A stretch of DNA of 64,000 bases from Amphiscolops sp. MND2022 (lineage: Eukaryota): assembly GCA_964187785.1 (NCBI GenBank), contig OZ076409.1:36892001-36956000 (forward strand). Reading direction: 5' to 3'. This document shows, piece after piece, positions 24,023 through 38,600 of the stretch. Both the position numbers and the translations under genes were made by a program. The stretch's first letter is position 1. Every line of letters starts with the position of its first letter. The notes under the pieces were generated by a model, which did no database searches, had not been told where the DNA came from, and saw only the letters and a list, made by a program, of their open reading frames with translations.

Positions 24023-25569
24023 CTGTTCAAATCGATGAAAAACATTTTTCATAATTTTTTTCCTGGAAGAAGAAAATTTCAAGTTAAAGTACAACATCCC
24101 AGGTGGACATTAATGTCCGGTACCTGGAACAGTAACTGTGAATCTTCGCTCTTGATGGGACCTTAGCAACATTGTTATTCGATCATAATTGTGTTACTCT
24201 GACGGAAAAAACTTTAGATATTGCTCGGTTAAGATACTTCGGGAAATAAAGGGTTAAAATACTTGCGAAGTAGTTTTTTTACATCATCTTAGAAACTCAA
24301 AGGGACCAAAGGGTACGCCCTCCTTAGAGTATTTTCGGCTCTGTGAGACTTTTTTTCGAAAAATTTTTTAATGTCTCAAAAGGGTCCCCCCTTCGAGTTT
24401 TCTCATATTTTGCAACTGAATGTATGTTAATCAATCCCAAAGGGTCCCCTCTTCTACATTTTTTGGCAATATGCGACTTTTTTTGAAAGAATTTTTTTTT
24501 TCAAAAAATACAAGTTTTTTCCAAAAAAATGTTTTGCGCTTTTTGAGCCTTAGATATGCGTCTAAAGTCGGCGCCATATCTAAGGCTCAAAAAGCGTAAA
24601 ACGCTTTTTTTGGAAAAAAATTGAAATTTTTGAAAAAAAATTTCTTTCAAAAGAAGTCGCATAGTGCCGAAAAATGTAAAAGGGGGGACCCTTCTGGATT
24701 TATTAACAAACATTCCGTTGCAAAATATCAAAAAACTCAAAGGGGGCCCTTTGGGGACATTAAAAAAATTTCGAAAAAAAGTCGCACAGTGCCGAAAAAA
24801 ATCCAAAGCGGGGACCCTTTGGGCACGTCCGGTTTTGTCTGTTTCCTTGAAAAAGTAAAAAATGAAAGGGGGACCCTTTGGAGTAAAGTTTGCCTTGGGC
24901 GGACTTGGCCTCAGGTGCTCTGCTCAGGATTGTAAAAAGTGGACCGATCAGTGTGAGGATTGTAGTCTGAAGAAAAAAAAAGGTCACTGCTATAGTCGGG
25001 CATTTTTCCCTTAATGGAAAAGCGCCGACTAAAAATCAACCTTTGATTGATTTGAATTGTGTACGGTATTTATTTTTTTCTTCTGATATTGAAATATTAA
25101 GCATATCTGCATATTTTTTTGGCATTGTTGAAAATTCGAGTTTCCTCAAAAATACGAAAACTGTGTAACGTCACGCTCTAAAATGCGATTTTAACATGTT
25201 GCAGAAATTGGTGAAAAACTCTATCCGGCGTTTGACGTGGTATTGGGCATGTAATTTTCGCTGTTTCCGTCAATTTGCATGTATATTGAAGACAAAGGCA
25301 GACCGAGAGCCAAGGACCAAGACCGAGAAAACCTGAAAGAAGCCGAAAACTGAAAAAAAACTTCAAAAGGTTCAATTTAGAGGTGCTAAACATACATTTT
25401 TGGTAATGTAAGTCCCCTCGATTTTTACTGGGAACGAAAAGTTTGCGAGCGTAGAGGACTCCTTACGGTTTTCGGCACCGTTACCCAGTGTTAGTGGTAA
25501 CTGCTGAAAACGTTTAGTCCTGTGGGGCTGATGAGAGTTTTCTAAAAAGTTGTGCAAAAGAAGTACTGC

Positions 25570-26246
25570 TTTTTTAGTCGGCGCTTCATGAAGTGAAACG
25601 CGACTATTATAGTGACTCTTTTTTTCTTTTTTTTTCAGTCCACACGAACTGACCAAAACAGTTCTCAAAAGTTCTACAAAATATTATTGCACCAAATTGC
25701 ACCATTTGGCCTAGCGAACTGAACCAAAAAGGTTTTTCCTGTTTTCCCGCGTAACATGCCATACCGGGCGAGACCAAAGAGTCCCCCCTTTCAATTTTTT
25801 TCGGCACTGCGAGACTTTGTTTCCGAAAATAAAAATTTTCAATCTTCAATTTTTTGATGTTTTGCGACTGAATGGATGTTGAGAAACCCCAAAGGGTCCC
25901 TCCTTTCAGTTTTTCGGCATTGAGACTTTTTTCTAATTTTTTTTCTCTCCAAACGGTCCCCTCTTTAATTTCTTTGATATTTTACAACAGACAAGGTGTT
26001 TAAAAATTTCCAAAGGGTCCCCCCTTTCAATTTTTCGGCATTGTGAGACTTTTTTTTCAAAACTTTGTTTTTTCTCCCCTTCAACTGCGACAAAAATGTT
26101 GACAATTTCGGAAGTGTCCCCTTTTAGCCACTCGGTCCATTTTTTGGTATTTCGATTTTCGAGTACTGCAAATTGACACTTGGAAGTCCTTTTGCTATTT
26201 TTGAGCCTTGGATATGGCGCCGACTTGGGCCGGTCCCGGCTTGTTT
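25570..26246 (+). mobile_element. Helentron-associated interspersed element (HINE/DINE-1-like), apparently complete
   Basis: 5' T-run plus subTIR AGTCGGCGC and nearby inverted repeat; central degenerate repeats (aaagggtcccccctttca...gagactttt); 3' subTIR GCGCCGACT then stem-loop GCCGGTCCCGGC and TTGTTT. Confidence 0.72.
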
Positions 26247-28393
26247 GGCACATTGCGATTTTTTTCGAAACAATCCATTTTCTGAAAAATGCTACCCTTT
26301 CCTTTTTAAGAAAGAAAACGTTTTGCGAAGTTAATGGGTCTCTTTTTGCCTTTTTCGGCGCTATGAGACTGTTTCCGAAAAAAAACAATTTTTTTAAAAA
26401 AATGGGTTTTTGTTATTTTCAGTTGGTGAAAAAGTTGGGTTTCCGATTCTTATGAGCATCCCTTCGGCTTTTTTTTGGAACGGTAAATTTGATGAAATTT
26501 TAACAATTGTATCCTTTTGTTTATTTAAAAACTTAACGAAAGGGATCAAAACCTTGCTGCGAGCTAACGTTGCAGCGAATTATTGCAGCGAGCTCAACTT
26601 TTTTGCCAGAAGTTAACTTCTCATTGTCAAAATAGTTTCTCATAGGTGTTTTAGCGTGGATAAGCATACTTAACTGACAAGTTTGATTTTGGTTTGCAAA
26701 AAAAGTTCATTTAAAAAGTGGACCATGCATTGTGAAGTGTGGACTGATAAATTTGACATTGTATTCCCGCTCACTTTTTCTCAGGAGAAGCGCCGTGCAC
26801 CATACTCCAACCATTAATTTTTTTTCCGGAATGAGCGATTGAATGTAACAATCATCTTTTTGATAGTGGATTCACATGTAAGTTGGCAGAATGATCGATT
26901 GGTGAATTCGGAATAAGAAAAAGATTTGTGGCAAGTTTTCTTTCCTTTAAAGTAGTGTGTTGTTCTAGAAGAGTTGTTTTGAATATGATTTCTGCATATT
27001 TTTTGGATGTGCTATGATAGCCCCATCTCAAGATTTGAGGAGTTCAGAACTACTTAAATTTTGATACACGAAACAGTTTTTTTCTATTAAGGACGATCTG
27101 ATTCGCTGTTCTGTATTTGGCTTTGCTATGTATAAATTCACTTTTTAAAATCAAAAGTTGACGCCACCTTGACAATAGTAGTCTCAAAGTTTCCCTCTTG
27201 CAATTTTTGCGAATTATAACCGTAGCATAATTTTGAATATTGACTATGTCACTAATGTCTATTATACAGCGCGACAGATAGCAAGACAGCTAGCATGGAA
27301 TGCTTCTGATTAACAAAATTCTGAATCAATCGTGTTTTTAATTTGACTTTCAACGCAGATTTCTGCCAATGCAATTCAGAACTCATACAATATAACTAAG
27401 CAGACTGGTTTTGACAGCAGAGTTCTTTTCTCTGGGGGCAGTTTGAATGTGAGTGTTTCAAGGTCTTGTAGTCAAGAGCATGTGTTTGAAATACAGAAAA
27501 TATTGCAGCCAGACATTCAAATTTCAGACCTGTTTGGGAGTTCAATTTTTTTTGTTTCACCAATTTGCACACAGCCAGCTGCTTTACCAATACTGCCGAA
27601 GTTGCAGTATTGCATTTTCCTCTGAAATTGTAACGCTATGGTTGATTTCCGAGTTGGCGATAAGTATTTCAAGTGTTCAAAAAATCCTGAAATTGCCAAC
27701 ATACATGCATGATGTTTTTGCCATCCTTAAACACTACGAGAGATACAGTGACACTAAATGCCCTATGCTGTTACACACTTTAAGAAAAACAGACACTTTT
27801 GAACATCATTTGTTTGAGAAAAGGAACTCGTCGGAATAACTTCAACTAAAAATGCCTCTACATAACTGAAAACCAGTTCGAAAATATATGCATATTGCGT
27901 TTCAAAATTGTTAGTTAGTTGAAAGTTGAAAGATTTATTTTCTTGAACGCATACAAAATACAACATGAAAATGATCAAAAAATAAAGAAAAAAAACGTTC
28001 TAGCAGGACAGAAAAGGAGCATAATCAACTGTTTGAGGTTCTGCCCTGGACACTAGAGAACCAAATTCACACCAACACAAACTGATTTAATTATTATTCA
28101 CAGTCACTAATTTTACACAGTAAAATTTTCGTTATTTATTCTTTAGTTAATGTTAAAGATCGAGCACTACCTTAAGAATGGCGACCAACTTTTATATTGG
28201 AAAAACGATGCAAAAAGGTCACAACTATCTGTTACATAAAGTCTAATTAGGGCTTCCAGGTATCTTTCGAAGAACTATTCTCTCACAAGAACTGGTATGA
28301 TTTGGATAAAAGGTCAATGAAAGAAATATACAGCAATTTTTTGCTTTATACGCTATATCAGAAAGCAGTTTTATAATGTTTCAATTGAACAGG

Positions 28394-29418
28394 TGTCACG
28401 GCCAGCTCCCGGTCGGAATTGCACTTACCATCCATGATTCGGCAGAGGACGAGGCCAAGGATACTATAAGTATTTTTGAACTTAACTTTATTCAATCTAA
28501 TTCTATTTACAGTACAGCTGAATTATTTGTAGATAGTTTCCCAAAATATAAAATTCCAACGTAAGCGTTACAGGATTTTTTGGAAATGATTTAAATTAGC
28601 TAAAAGTTCCGGTATTACGCTTTCACATGTAAATCTACTCTCTATTTCCGGTTTCATCTTTTGAAATTTCCATACCAATCTGAATAACAAAACAGAAACA
28701 TTTTCCAAAATGGAATCATTTCTTTCTTCTCCACACTAAAATGAAAACATTAACAACAACAATTAACTCCGTGATCCCAACGGTGTTCATACAATCTAAA
28801 ATGAAAAGAACATACAAGATAGTATAGAGAAATTGTTCTCCAGTATTAAAGTAGTTGTCAATATCCGTTTAAAACCTCAGTTAAGTGATTTTAAGCAAAT
28901 GTTTACTACGTTATGACAGCGTCACTCAACTAAGCTAGTAACGGGTGTTTCTATTTTTTCGGACCAATAGCGTGGCTCCTTGATTGAATTATTTGAGCTC
29001 AAGCTAATAGAATCAAGCTTGGTTGCCCCTAGCAACGCCAACTAGCTGAGAGAATGAGAATGAAATCAACAAAGCTCTCCGCTTTCTCTCCTTCAGCCAC
29101 CGCTGCTCAGCTATAACTAATTTTCATACGTACGGAGCGACTACTTGTAGCAAGTTCTAGCAAGTCTCCTAGAGCACAATCTGAGAACTTAGACGAGATA
29201 AAAACGTCTTTGAGAAAAGTGATTATGTCTGATTTAGCGACGATGTTAGCCGAAAATCAAAAAGAAATGCTAAAACTCATAGCACCATTGAATAAATAGC
29301 AGCAAGTCTATCTGAACAACCAGGATTCTGATTCTGAGCCTGAGAATATCTCCGCAACTAAAACGTCAACAACTGTTAAAACAACAACTGCGACTAACTC
29401 CGGTGAACAGTCGTAACA
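28394..29418 (+). repeat. Gypsy 5' LTR (internally deleted by ~1.3 kb)
   Basis: Matches 40576-41302 then jumps to ~42603; ends gtcgtaaca|TGG. Confidence 0.88.
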
Positions 29419-30400
29419 TGGTGACAGGTGTCCTCATTGACTCTACAAATCAACCCACAAAACGACCGCAACAACAACGTGTATCTAGCGAACAACCAAA
29501 AGATCGTCCCTCAACATATAAAATACTGTTTGCACCTCAACTGCAGATTTTTCCATTCTCCAATCAACTCCCGATGCCGAAAGCACTCACTGCTTCGCTC
29601 CCCGTTTTCGATGATAAGTCCGAAAACTTTGAATTTTCCGAAATAAACATTTGACCTATTCCGAAATAACATCAAATTGTACCCTTATCTCACTGAAGTA
29701 CAGACAACCAACTACTTTCATTCGCTACTAAGAGGGAACTCACTTCAAGCGTACTACAACCATGAGGATGCTAAAAAAGACAATCTAGAGGAAATTATAA
29801 GCGGTATTTAAACGTCGTTTTGGGGTTTTTCAATCCTCTGCAAAAACTACATGCGTGTGGCATGCATTGCATTTTGACCCCACAAAACAAAAACTCCATG
29901 AATTCCTGGATATCCTACAGAAAACTGCCAAAGAAGCGTTCGGTTCTGAAGCGCAAAAATTCACTGACAAAGCCATATACGCCAAAATGCCGGATCACGT
30001 TAAAAAGATCCTCAACAGGGCATACCTGGAAGACAAGCCCTACAATGACATCGTCCTGCATCTGAACGAGAGATGCGACTAAACGGAATAGGCGCGCCTG
30101 ATGAAACGACCTTAGTCCCACTCAACACAGTGGAGGCAGTAGTGACGGAAGACAAAAAGAAGCAACAGCAGAGATGTTACTGTTTCCACTGTGGCAAATA
30201 TGGCCACTACAAAACACAGTGCCGCCGACTTCGAAAAGAACGCTAGTACGCAACAAAGACGGGCACCGCTGACTCAAATCAAACTGAAGCACCAAAACCC
30301 AATTTCGACACGTGCGGGAAAATGCACGAAACTGAAAGTAGTTGGGACGGAGCCAACGCGGCAAAAGATCCCAGAATAAGAAATTTACCATCCCGACCAA
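29403..30400 (+). pseudogene. Gypsy gag, frameshifted
   Basis: MPKALTASLPVFD.. capsid-like fragments; CCHC knuckle CFHCGKYGHYKTQC at ~30181-30222. Confidence 0.75.
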
Positions 30401-31099
30401 CAAAATCAGCGAACAGCCCGTGCCCACTACGTCCTCTCAGCCGAAAAACTGAAATCGCCGCGCCTACGCTTTGGGGGAAAAGTAGACGCAAGGGCGTACG
30501 CCATCAAGGACCCCCAAATATGTTCGAAGAGGATTTTTTAACTGAATGCAATGAAGATCCAACCCAGGACTGGCAACGTTGCTGGAACGCCTGAATGATA
30601 CTGAGAAAAACGCCCAACATCAAGAAGATCCCAAACCACTACCCGAATGGATAACGGAGTCAACCGACAACTATACGGCACTCAAACGACCTCTGCCAGA
30701 ATCAAAAACTGAACGAATTTATATATATATGACATGGACCATAGATGCGATCCGTGGGATGAACCAACCATATACGATACGAACAAACTCTTTTTCAAAA
30801 GCCAAGTCCCAAACCCACAAGCTCAGCCCAAGGAAACAACAATTTTTCCACCACTTCTGTCACCAATTCTGAAAAAGACAGAACCGTCTCTGGCTGTACC
30901 CGTCACCATTTCGTCGACACCAAAATATGCAGAAAACATCATCTGTATCGAAGACACAACGATATGGTCACGACAAGCAAGACAACAGCGAGAGAACGCT
31001 TCTTCTCCTTCATCACAACCACAAACCGCGCCAGCCACAGCAATGACAGACAACAACGAAGAAACAACGAAATGTCCCCAGCACTACCCGAAGATCTAG

Positions 31100-34000
31100 A
31101 TGTCATCAAAGAGTTCATCCAACATGACGACTACACTCCGTTAATGTCTGCAATTGCGCTTCAAAGAGAAAGCGAATGCTCTTTCTACCAATCGAATTCA
31201 ACACCGTCAAAATCGATGCGTTAGTCGACTCAGGTGCGTACATTAATGCTATTAGTGAAAGGGACGCTGAAAATTTCAGAGAAAATGCCAGCAAATGCAT
31301 CATCAATAAGGGCCCCCACCAAATTTCAAAGTACAGTACGCTAATGCTGAACTAGAGCAACCACTTGCGACGTGCACTCTACGGTTCAAAATTGGGGTAT
31401 TACACTTTTGAAGAAACGTTAATCGTCATGAACCACACGTCATTCCACATAGTAGGACTGGCATTCACTGATGAAATGCAAAAGTGCAACCCAATGCCCA
31501 TCATGATCAAAACGGAAGCAAAGCGCACGATACCTGCACGTTCTACTCATATCATCCACGCATAGCAATAAAGATCGCAACACAACGGATTTTCCTTATA
31601 CAATAGCCACAGACACCAAAGTAGCTGAACTGCAAATCCTTTAACCGGAAGAAACGAAAATGATCCGACCGGTTGACATAGCTGCACTTAACCTCCCAAC
31701 AGAACATGACGACTTTGTAACGTACATCAATGCACTGATGCAAGTGGAGCGACCTGAAGGCAACGAAGAAAAATTCTGCTTCCCAACCCCAGAAAACCCT
31801 GGAAACGAACAGGAACACTCGCCCATCCAGAAGAGAATTTTGAAAGTATTACGTGAACGGGCCGAGCTTGAAAAACTCGATCCGACCGAAAACGCAGAAT
31901 CCCGCAACAAATTTCTCTCGAAGTTCAAATGGACTGATTCACTATTTACAGGAAAAGATCGTGAAAACCTCGAAGCCACAATTGTTGAATTCAATGATAT
32001 CTTTGCTCGCCATAGACTAGATATTGGGATGAATACGCAAATTAAAGTTAGTTTAACCCCACAAGATGACGAACCTGTGTACACGCAAAGCCTACCAGTC
32101 CCGATTATTGTCAAAGAAGACCTTACAGTGGAACTAGCTCTCATGCACCGATACGGCATAATCACGACACTGCCCTTCTCCAAGTATGCCAGCCCTATCT
32201 TTGCACAACGGAAACCCAACGGCAGGGTGAGACTATTGGTGGACCTGCGCAAGATCAACGCTTTCATCGCAGATGACAATATCAACAGCAACCATCCCGT
32301 CAGCACCCTCTCAGACGCGGCGCAACACCTAGCAGGGAAAAAACGGTTCTGCAAGCTCGACTGCTCCCAGGCGTACCACTGCCTCCAAATGGCCGATCAA
32401 AGGTCAGTAGAGTTACTTGCTTTTAACTTTGCTAGTAGGACGTTTGCCTACCGTCGTCTAGCCCAAGGACTAAGCAGAGCCCCGTCAGCCTTCTCAAGCT
32501 TCATGCGGGAGTACCTCGACTCAGTCATCAAAGCAGCAGACCAGTGCGGGCAATATGTTGACGATATTGGTATAGCCGCGAATACAACGGAACAGCTCAT
32601 CAATATAGCAGTCTTCAAATGCATAAGAAAAGCAGGACTAAAACTGACCATCGAAAATTGCCATTTTGGAGTAACACAAGTCGAATTCCTCGGAAGAACC
32701 ATCACCCCAGAAAGAGCCCCGCAGGATCAAAAAGTCAAGAATTTTCTCTCCAAAGTTCGCTTCCCAAAATCCAAAAAACAAGTTCAAAAACATATTGGCT
32801 TTGTAAACTACTACCGAAACTACATACCGCGCCTGTCAGAGAAAATCTTCGGTATGTATGAACTGCTCAAAGCCGAATCCAAAATCGGAATTTCGACAAT
32901 TTCAAAGAAATCAATGCCAGCCAAGCGGAAGACTGCGGACTTGCACTCAGACAACCCATAGCAGGGAAACAAAACGTCCTAATGACAGTCGCAAGCTTCC
33001 GTGCATCAGGCTATGCCCTCATCGTCGAAGAAAATGACGAACGGAAAATACTCTCTAAAAGGAAAACTTTCGCACCAGTAGCGTTTGGATCACGCGTTTT
33101 CTCGCCTGCACAGCTAAAGATGTAAATCTACTGCAAAAAATTTTTGGCTATATACCATGCCTTCCTCGAATATAGTCACATCTTATGGGAAACAACGATA
33201 CCGACACTGGCCCTGACAGACAACTGTTCGGTGACGAGATTTTTCCAAACAAAAACCACACCACATGCACTGTGGTACGCCTGCGACTACGTCCCCTAAT
33301 GTAAATTCAGTATTATTCACGTATCAGGCTCCCAAAATACGGCAGCAGATTTTCTCTCAAGACTCGAACTCACACGACGTACTAACATCACCAAAAGAGG
33401 TCAACATACAATCATTGGATGTCGCTGATGAAGAACAACTTTTCTTCCTACCAGACGAAGAAGAAGAATCCGGAAAAAAAATTTTGCCAGAAAAGGAACT
33501 AAGCAAACAACGTGCTATTGAAAAACACGAAAAAGACCTATCAACAAAGGTGACTGAATTTATCAAAATACCGCTCAACTCAGCAGTTTATTCGTTCGGG
33601 GCAATTAAAGAAAACGCACGAATCAGAAACGAACAAGACTCGGAACCTCTCCTTAAAGCCCTAAAACTTCGAATACTGCACAAGCATCTCCTAAAGACAG
33701 AACCAAGAGGAAGAAAGATGGGGTCCTTATGCGGAAATATTAGGGAGAAGACGGATCGGTTACGCACAATCAAGTCATAATTCCGAAACACCTAGTTCCT
33801 GAAGTGCTGTCTACCCTACATGGAAAAATCGAATAAACACCCAGGAATCACAAAGATGATACGAGATTGCCGAGCGAAGATTTACTTCCCAGGGCTGGCA
33901 CGGAAAATCAGAGCTTGGATAACTAGTTGCCCAGACTGCATTGCCAACAAGAGAATTGACACGAGACAAATACGTCCCAAAATGTTGAGCAGCACTGAAT

Positions 34001-35350
34001 TTACAATGGGACCAGAGGACTGCCTAGAAGTCGATATACTGCCAAATCTACCATCATCCAATGGATACCAACACATCATCACGATGATGGATGTCTTTTC
34101 GCGTTACCTCTTCGCGTACCCAACTCAAGACATGACAGCAAAAACAGAGGCACGTTGCATCATCGATGTAATGACAGGACATTGCTATCTACCGACCGTC
34201 ATGTTAACAGACAAAGGATCACAATTCAGATCAGAGATGATCAATCAGATAGCCCAAACACTTGACATACGGATAAGCCACGCATCAACAAAACATGCCA
34301 AACAATAGGGATACTAGAACGGACTCATGCCTCTCTAAAGACTTCACTAAAAATATCAACAGGAGAGAGACGTTCAATGTGGCAAAAATCCGTCCAAATA
34401 GCAGTCATTAATCACAACACAAGCTATCACGAAAGCTTAAGCTGCGAACCTACGACAGTGTTTCGAGGACGCATTCCGTACAATATTTTGGAAATCAAGC
34501 TTAGACTAAAACCCGAATGGAAGAAAGACAACAACGAAGACCTAACGGATGAACTACAAGAACAAAAAGCAGACACACACACAAAAAGACAACCTAATGC
34601 AGTCCTACCTTCAATACAAACAATATTACGACAAGAAAGCGACTGCTACACCACTCAAAGTCAACGACTACTGCTACGTTCTCAACCGGGAAGCGGACAA
34701 CCAGTCGATGAACTTTGCCTTCAAAGATTGCATCTGGACTGGTCCTTGCATCTGGACTGGTCAAAGTGCTCTCAAACAACAATTACGTCGTACGTCGAAC
34801 GGGTATTAGGTATACGCAAACCCTCCATAGAATTCGCCTAAGGCTATATGCGCCCAATCAGCGAGTACCTGAGGTAACAGTCAGAAGAGAAGGTTATCTT
34901 CCAGACCAAGAGTTAAAAACAAACCACAGTGATTGGTACGCGCAGGCTTGGGAAACCGAATTCGGAGAAGTCCTGTTCTGAACGCATACGGAAAATTCGA
35001 CGGAGGAATCTACAATTACCGAAATCACGGACAAGACAGAAGATGGCCCAACTACAGCGGAAAATGAAGTGGGTCAAACAGTCACAGTTGAAAATTCTGA
35101 TGGGAATAAAACTTCCTCTGATAACGTTACGTCATTCAATCTGGATGTCAGTGACAATCCTTATATTTTGACTCCACCGCCTGAAGTAAGCCCTCCCAAA
35201 ACACCAGAATTACCGCCTTTTGTTGTTGGATACAATCCCAGAAAAGTCGGACGTTGTAACTTGCGACCTAACCCGAGACCTAATGTAAATCCTGACTTCA
35301 GAATGCTCGGCTCACTTACTACGCAAGACCCACGTCCAACTCAAGCTTAG
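31100..35350 (+). pseudogene. Gypsy pol (PR, RT, RNase H, integrase), disrupted
   Basis: ALVDSGA at ~31218; RT ORF 31660-32961 (RLLVDLRKIN, KLDCSQAY, YVDD); integrase HPGITKM..C..C, EVD, TDKGSQF in 33820-34308; multiple stops and frameshifts. Confidence 0.92.
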
Positions 35351-35639
35351 ATTAAAAGGATCAGTATACCAAACCGAACCGGAATGGCTACGTTAAATTT
35401 TGGAACCTTCTAAACTACGTAAATACTGCGGATACTGAATGTACGCCAAAAGGAAAAACGACAAATCATCAAATCATCAGTACAGAATTATTATAACACC
35501 AAAGAGTCGGCATTCAATTCTTATCAATCATCTTCAACTTGTGGACAACACCAGGGTCTTTATCTTTCGTCTGAGGTTTCTTCTTCTTCTCAGGAGTTTC
35601 TTGTGCTTTCCCTATCGAAGAACAACCAACTCCTTCAGT

Positions 35640-38600
35640 TTATTTGGTACTTTGTTTTGCACTCGTGGTACTTGCTACCTCATCTGTTTCCTTTCCAACT
35701 GACGAACTAGAACCGCTCCTCACCACAGAACTGGATCGTGAACCCTGATCCACGCGTGCCAACCAATTGAGCCGAAAACACTCAGCATAATATTCACCAC
35801 TCATCCGTCGTCGCTCCGCCAAGAACTCATTATACAGACGACAAAATGAGTCAATGAAGGAATCCACGCCAGGATCACCCAGGTCTTTCCACACGTTGAA
35901 GTCCGCCCCAACAAAGATTGGCCCAGCATTAGTAATGGCTCTACGAACTAAATCCAACGTATGTTCCGTAAAGAAGGATTGATGACAATAGTCGGCACTC
36001 AACATAGAGGATTGCACAATCCTGAAGCACAACTGTACACACTCTTTTCTGAGTCCACACCCACTCAGATCCACAGAGAAAGACAGATATTCACGTTATG
36101 GCTCCCCAACAATCAAACAACACAATTTAAAAATGCGTAACACATGGCATCGTGATCGGAACGAAAAATCATCCAACAAATAACGGCGCACATCCGGGAT
36201 ATCACTAGCTGAACGCTCCAAACGACAATGCTGTCTCCTTTTCTCAATCACGTAAGAATTACATTCATACTGCGCAGCTTTAACCTCGTCACTTGCAACA
36301 GCTTTACATCTCTCCAAGGCACGACACAGTTCAGAGAACAGCTCAAACGCAGCAATATCGTCACCTTCTAACATCAGTTCCTGACAAAAACTGTACAACC
36401 CCTTCGATACCACAGACTGGCACTAGCACTCTCAACAATCAGAACAACAACGTGATCAATGAATTCCCTACATCGGGTTCGAAACTTTGTCATCCCACTC
36501 GTCTTCACAGACAACAAACTCCTGCCAAAATCGCACTGACCAAGGAAATCCTCAGGAACTGCAGCGGGAAATCTTCTCTACGACCATATACTCTTCCCAC
36601 TCGAGGATGCCGGGAATCCGGACAATTCTCGTGTCTTCATGAGGAGACAGTACATGAAATGGCACATCTCACCGTAAATGTCACGGTGAAATGCGTAATC
36701 GTTGCGCTTCTCTCTCAGCTTGGGCGAATGAATACGAACTGAAACACGAAACAAACAATATCACCTTATATCAAGAAAGGGACAACACAACTACATTACT
36801 ACAAGAACTACACCCATCCCAACCACGTCCAAAACCATCAAAACTATCATACTTACAAGTATCTAGCATCAACTGCAGCAATCAAAACGATACGACAGAA
36901 ATCAAAGTGTAGTCCATCCCCCTTAACTGAAACACAACACAGAGACGTAACCCCAACGGAATCGTCAACCCAGAAACACAGAACCAACAACTTACAATAC
37001 AAATGGTCACAATAGAATAACTACAACTAACACTATCAGGCTGATCTTTTACGTGGGCCAGTCCAATGCAGCAGATGTAGGGACGAATTGATGGCCACAA
37101 GTCTATCAGGTCAGGTATAATTCACGGAGATCTTCAAATGTGACGAAACCTCGAAGGACACACTTGTGAATCAAAATTTTCCCTTCAGTCCAATCTTCGT
37201 AGATGGCACTTTTTAGTCGGATGATGACATAATCCACCAAGCTGGTCACTTCCACCATCCTAAAGACGTCTTTTAGGGCTTGCCTCACACATTGCAGGAA
37301 GACATCCTCCGTAAATTGAAGATGCATAACAAATCGTCTCCCATCATTTCAATTGTCCTCTTTAACCCGAATTAGCGACGGACTTGCACCACCAATGCAC
37401 AAAGACAAACGCGCATTAGGCACACTATGGACAAACTGAGCCAGAGGGACAAATTAAGACCGTGGCATAAGCTGATCCAATGACTCTTGGCTAATGCAGA
37501 TCCTCTTCAGTGAATTGTTGAGCCAGCACAGAACAAAACACCGCTCGACGTCCGTACCCCTCTCATAGCATAGTCCAAATTCGTGGCTTGAACCCACGTC
37601 ACTCAAGACAAGCCGCAATTCCCGTGGTGCAGGCGCTTGACAAGGTATCGCCTGGAATAAACAATCGTAGAAACAAAAACCCTTTTCAAAAGAGGAAAAT
37701 AACAAGAGGCAAAGAACCCCCCACGAGAAAAAAAAACAAAAAAGTCTATGGAAACTTTGAAAATGATGGGCGATACCTACCACAGTCTCAGTACAACCCA
37801 ACTCATTTGGTACTCAGGAGCACTCTCTCCCAGTGAAGCACGGAAGTTAGCACACAATCGTCGCAATAGAGCAAAGTCGCCACCACTCGGGAGCCACTTA
37901 AGGTACACGAGATCAGAGTCAAAAAAGGGCCTTTGACCCCACTTAAGAGTGTTTTGGTATCAAGTCCTCTGGAAAGGAAAACCCTTCCGCCAGTTCAACA
38001 AAAGCCCGTGTTCTGAAATCAACAATCTGACTAGCCGTCGGCTGCAGAGGCTCTAGAAGCCTATTATACACAGGCATCCCCATGTGTACGCGGTAGCTCA
38101 CGTCCCGGTACCAGTGCCCGTCTGAAGAAAAGTGCCTCTTGAACTCGCCGGCATCATGGGCCTGAGACCACATATCCCGCTGACCCACACCACAAAGGAA
38201 GAAAGTCGGCTTGCCGTATTTAGCTCCGCTGATGAAATCGGGATAGGCTGGGTGCAAAGCCAGCATCCGTTTGAGAAGATGCTTGTGGCTCCCATAAGTC
38301 CGCGTCCGCCGCTGATCGCCAATCTTCTCCGAAAGCTGCGAAAAGCCTATAAACAACACAACAAATCTTCAGCTAACTGACAGGAATAACCTTGAAAACA
38401 CCCACCCCAATATCAACGTAAAACGATCGAACAACGTACGAAATACAAACTAAAACAAACCTGTTTCAATGCTCTGCATCGTACGACTCTCCACCTCAGC
38501 GACTATTTGACGTCCAAAACGCGCCAAATCACCAGGACTCAGGGGACTGCCACTAGGGAAAAGAGGAAGATTATCCTCACAACCTGCAACAAAACACACA

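Larger units (their letters stand above)
19579..25035. mobile_element. HINE-like foldback composite with three tandem piggyBac units (copy B)
   Basis: Same termini as copy A; internal unit repeated with periods of ~1.40 and 1.56 kb. Confidence 0.7.
11801..25362. repeat. Tandem segmental duplication (A 11801-17081; B 17082-25362)
   Basis: ttttgacatcgcta restarts at ~17082; both copies end agccgaaaactgaaaaaaac; B has 3 piggyBac units versus 1 in A. Confidence 0.88.

Noticed and set aside
26600..28390. Short ORFs as a host gene
   Set aside because: AT-rich, no recognisable motifs or consistent exon structure
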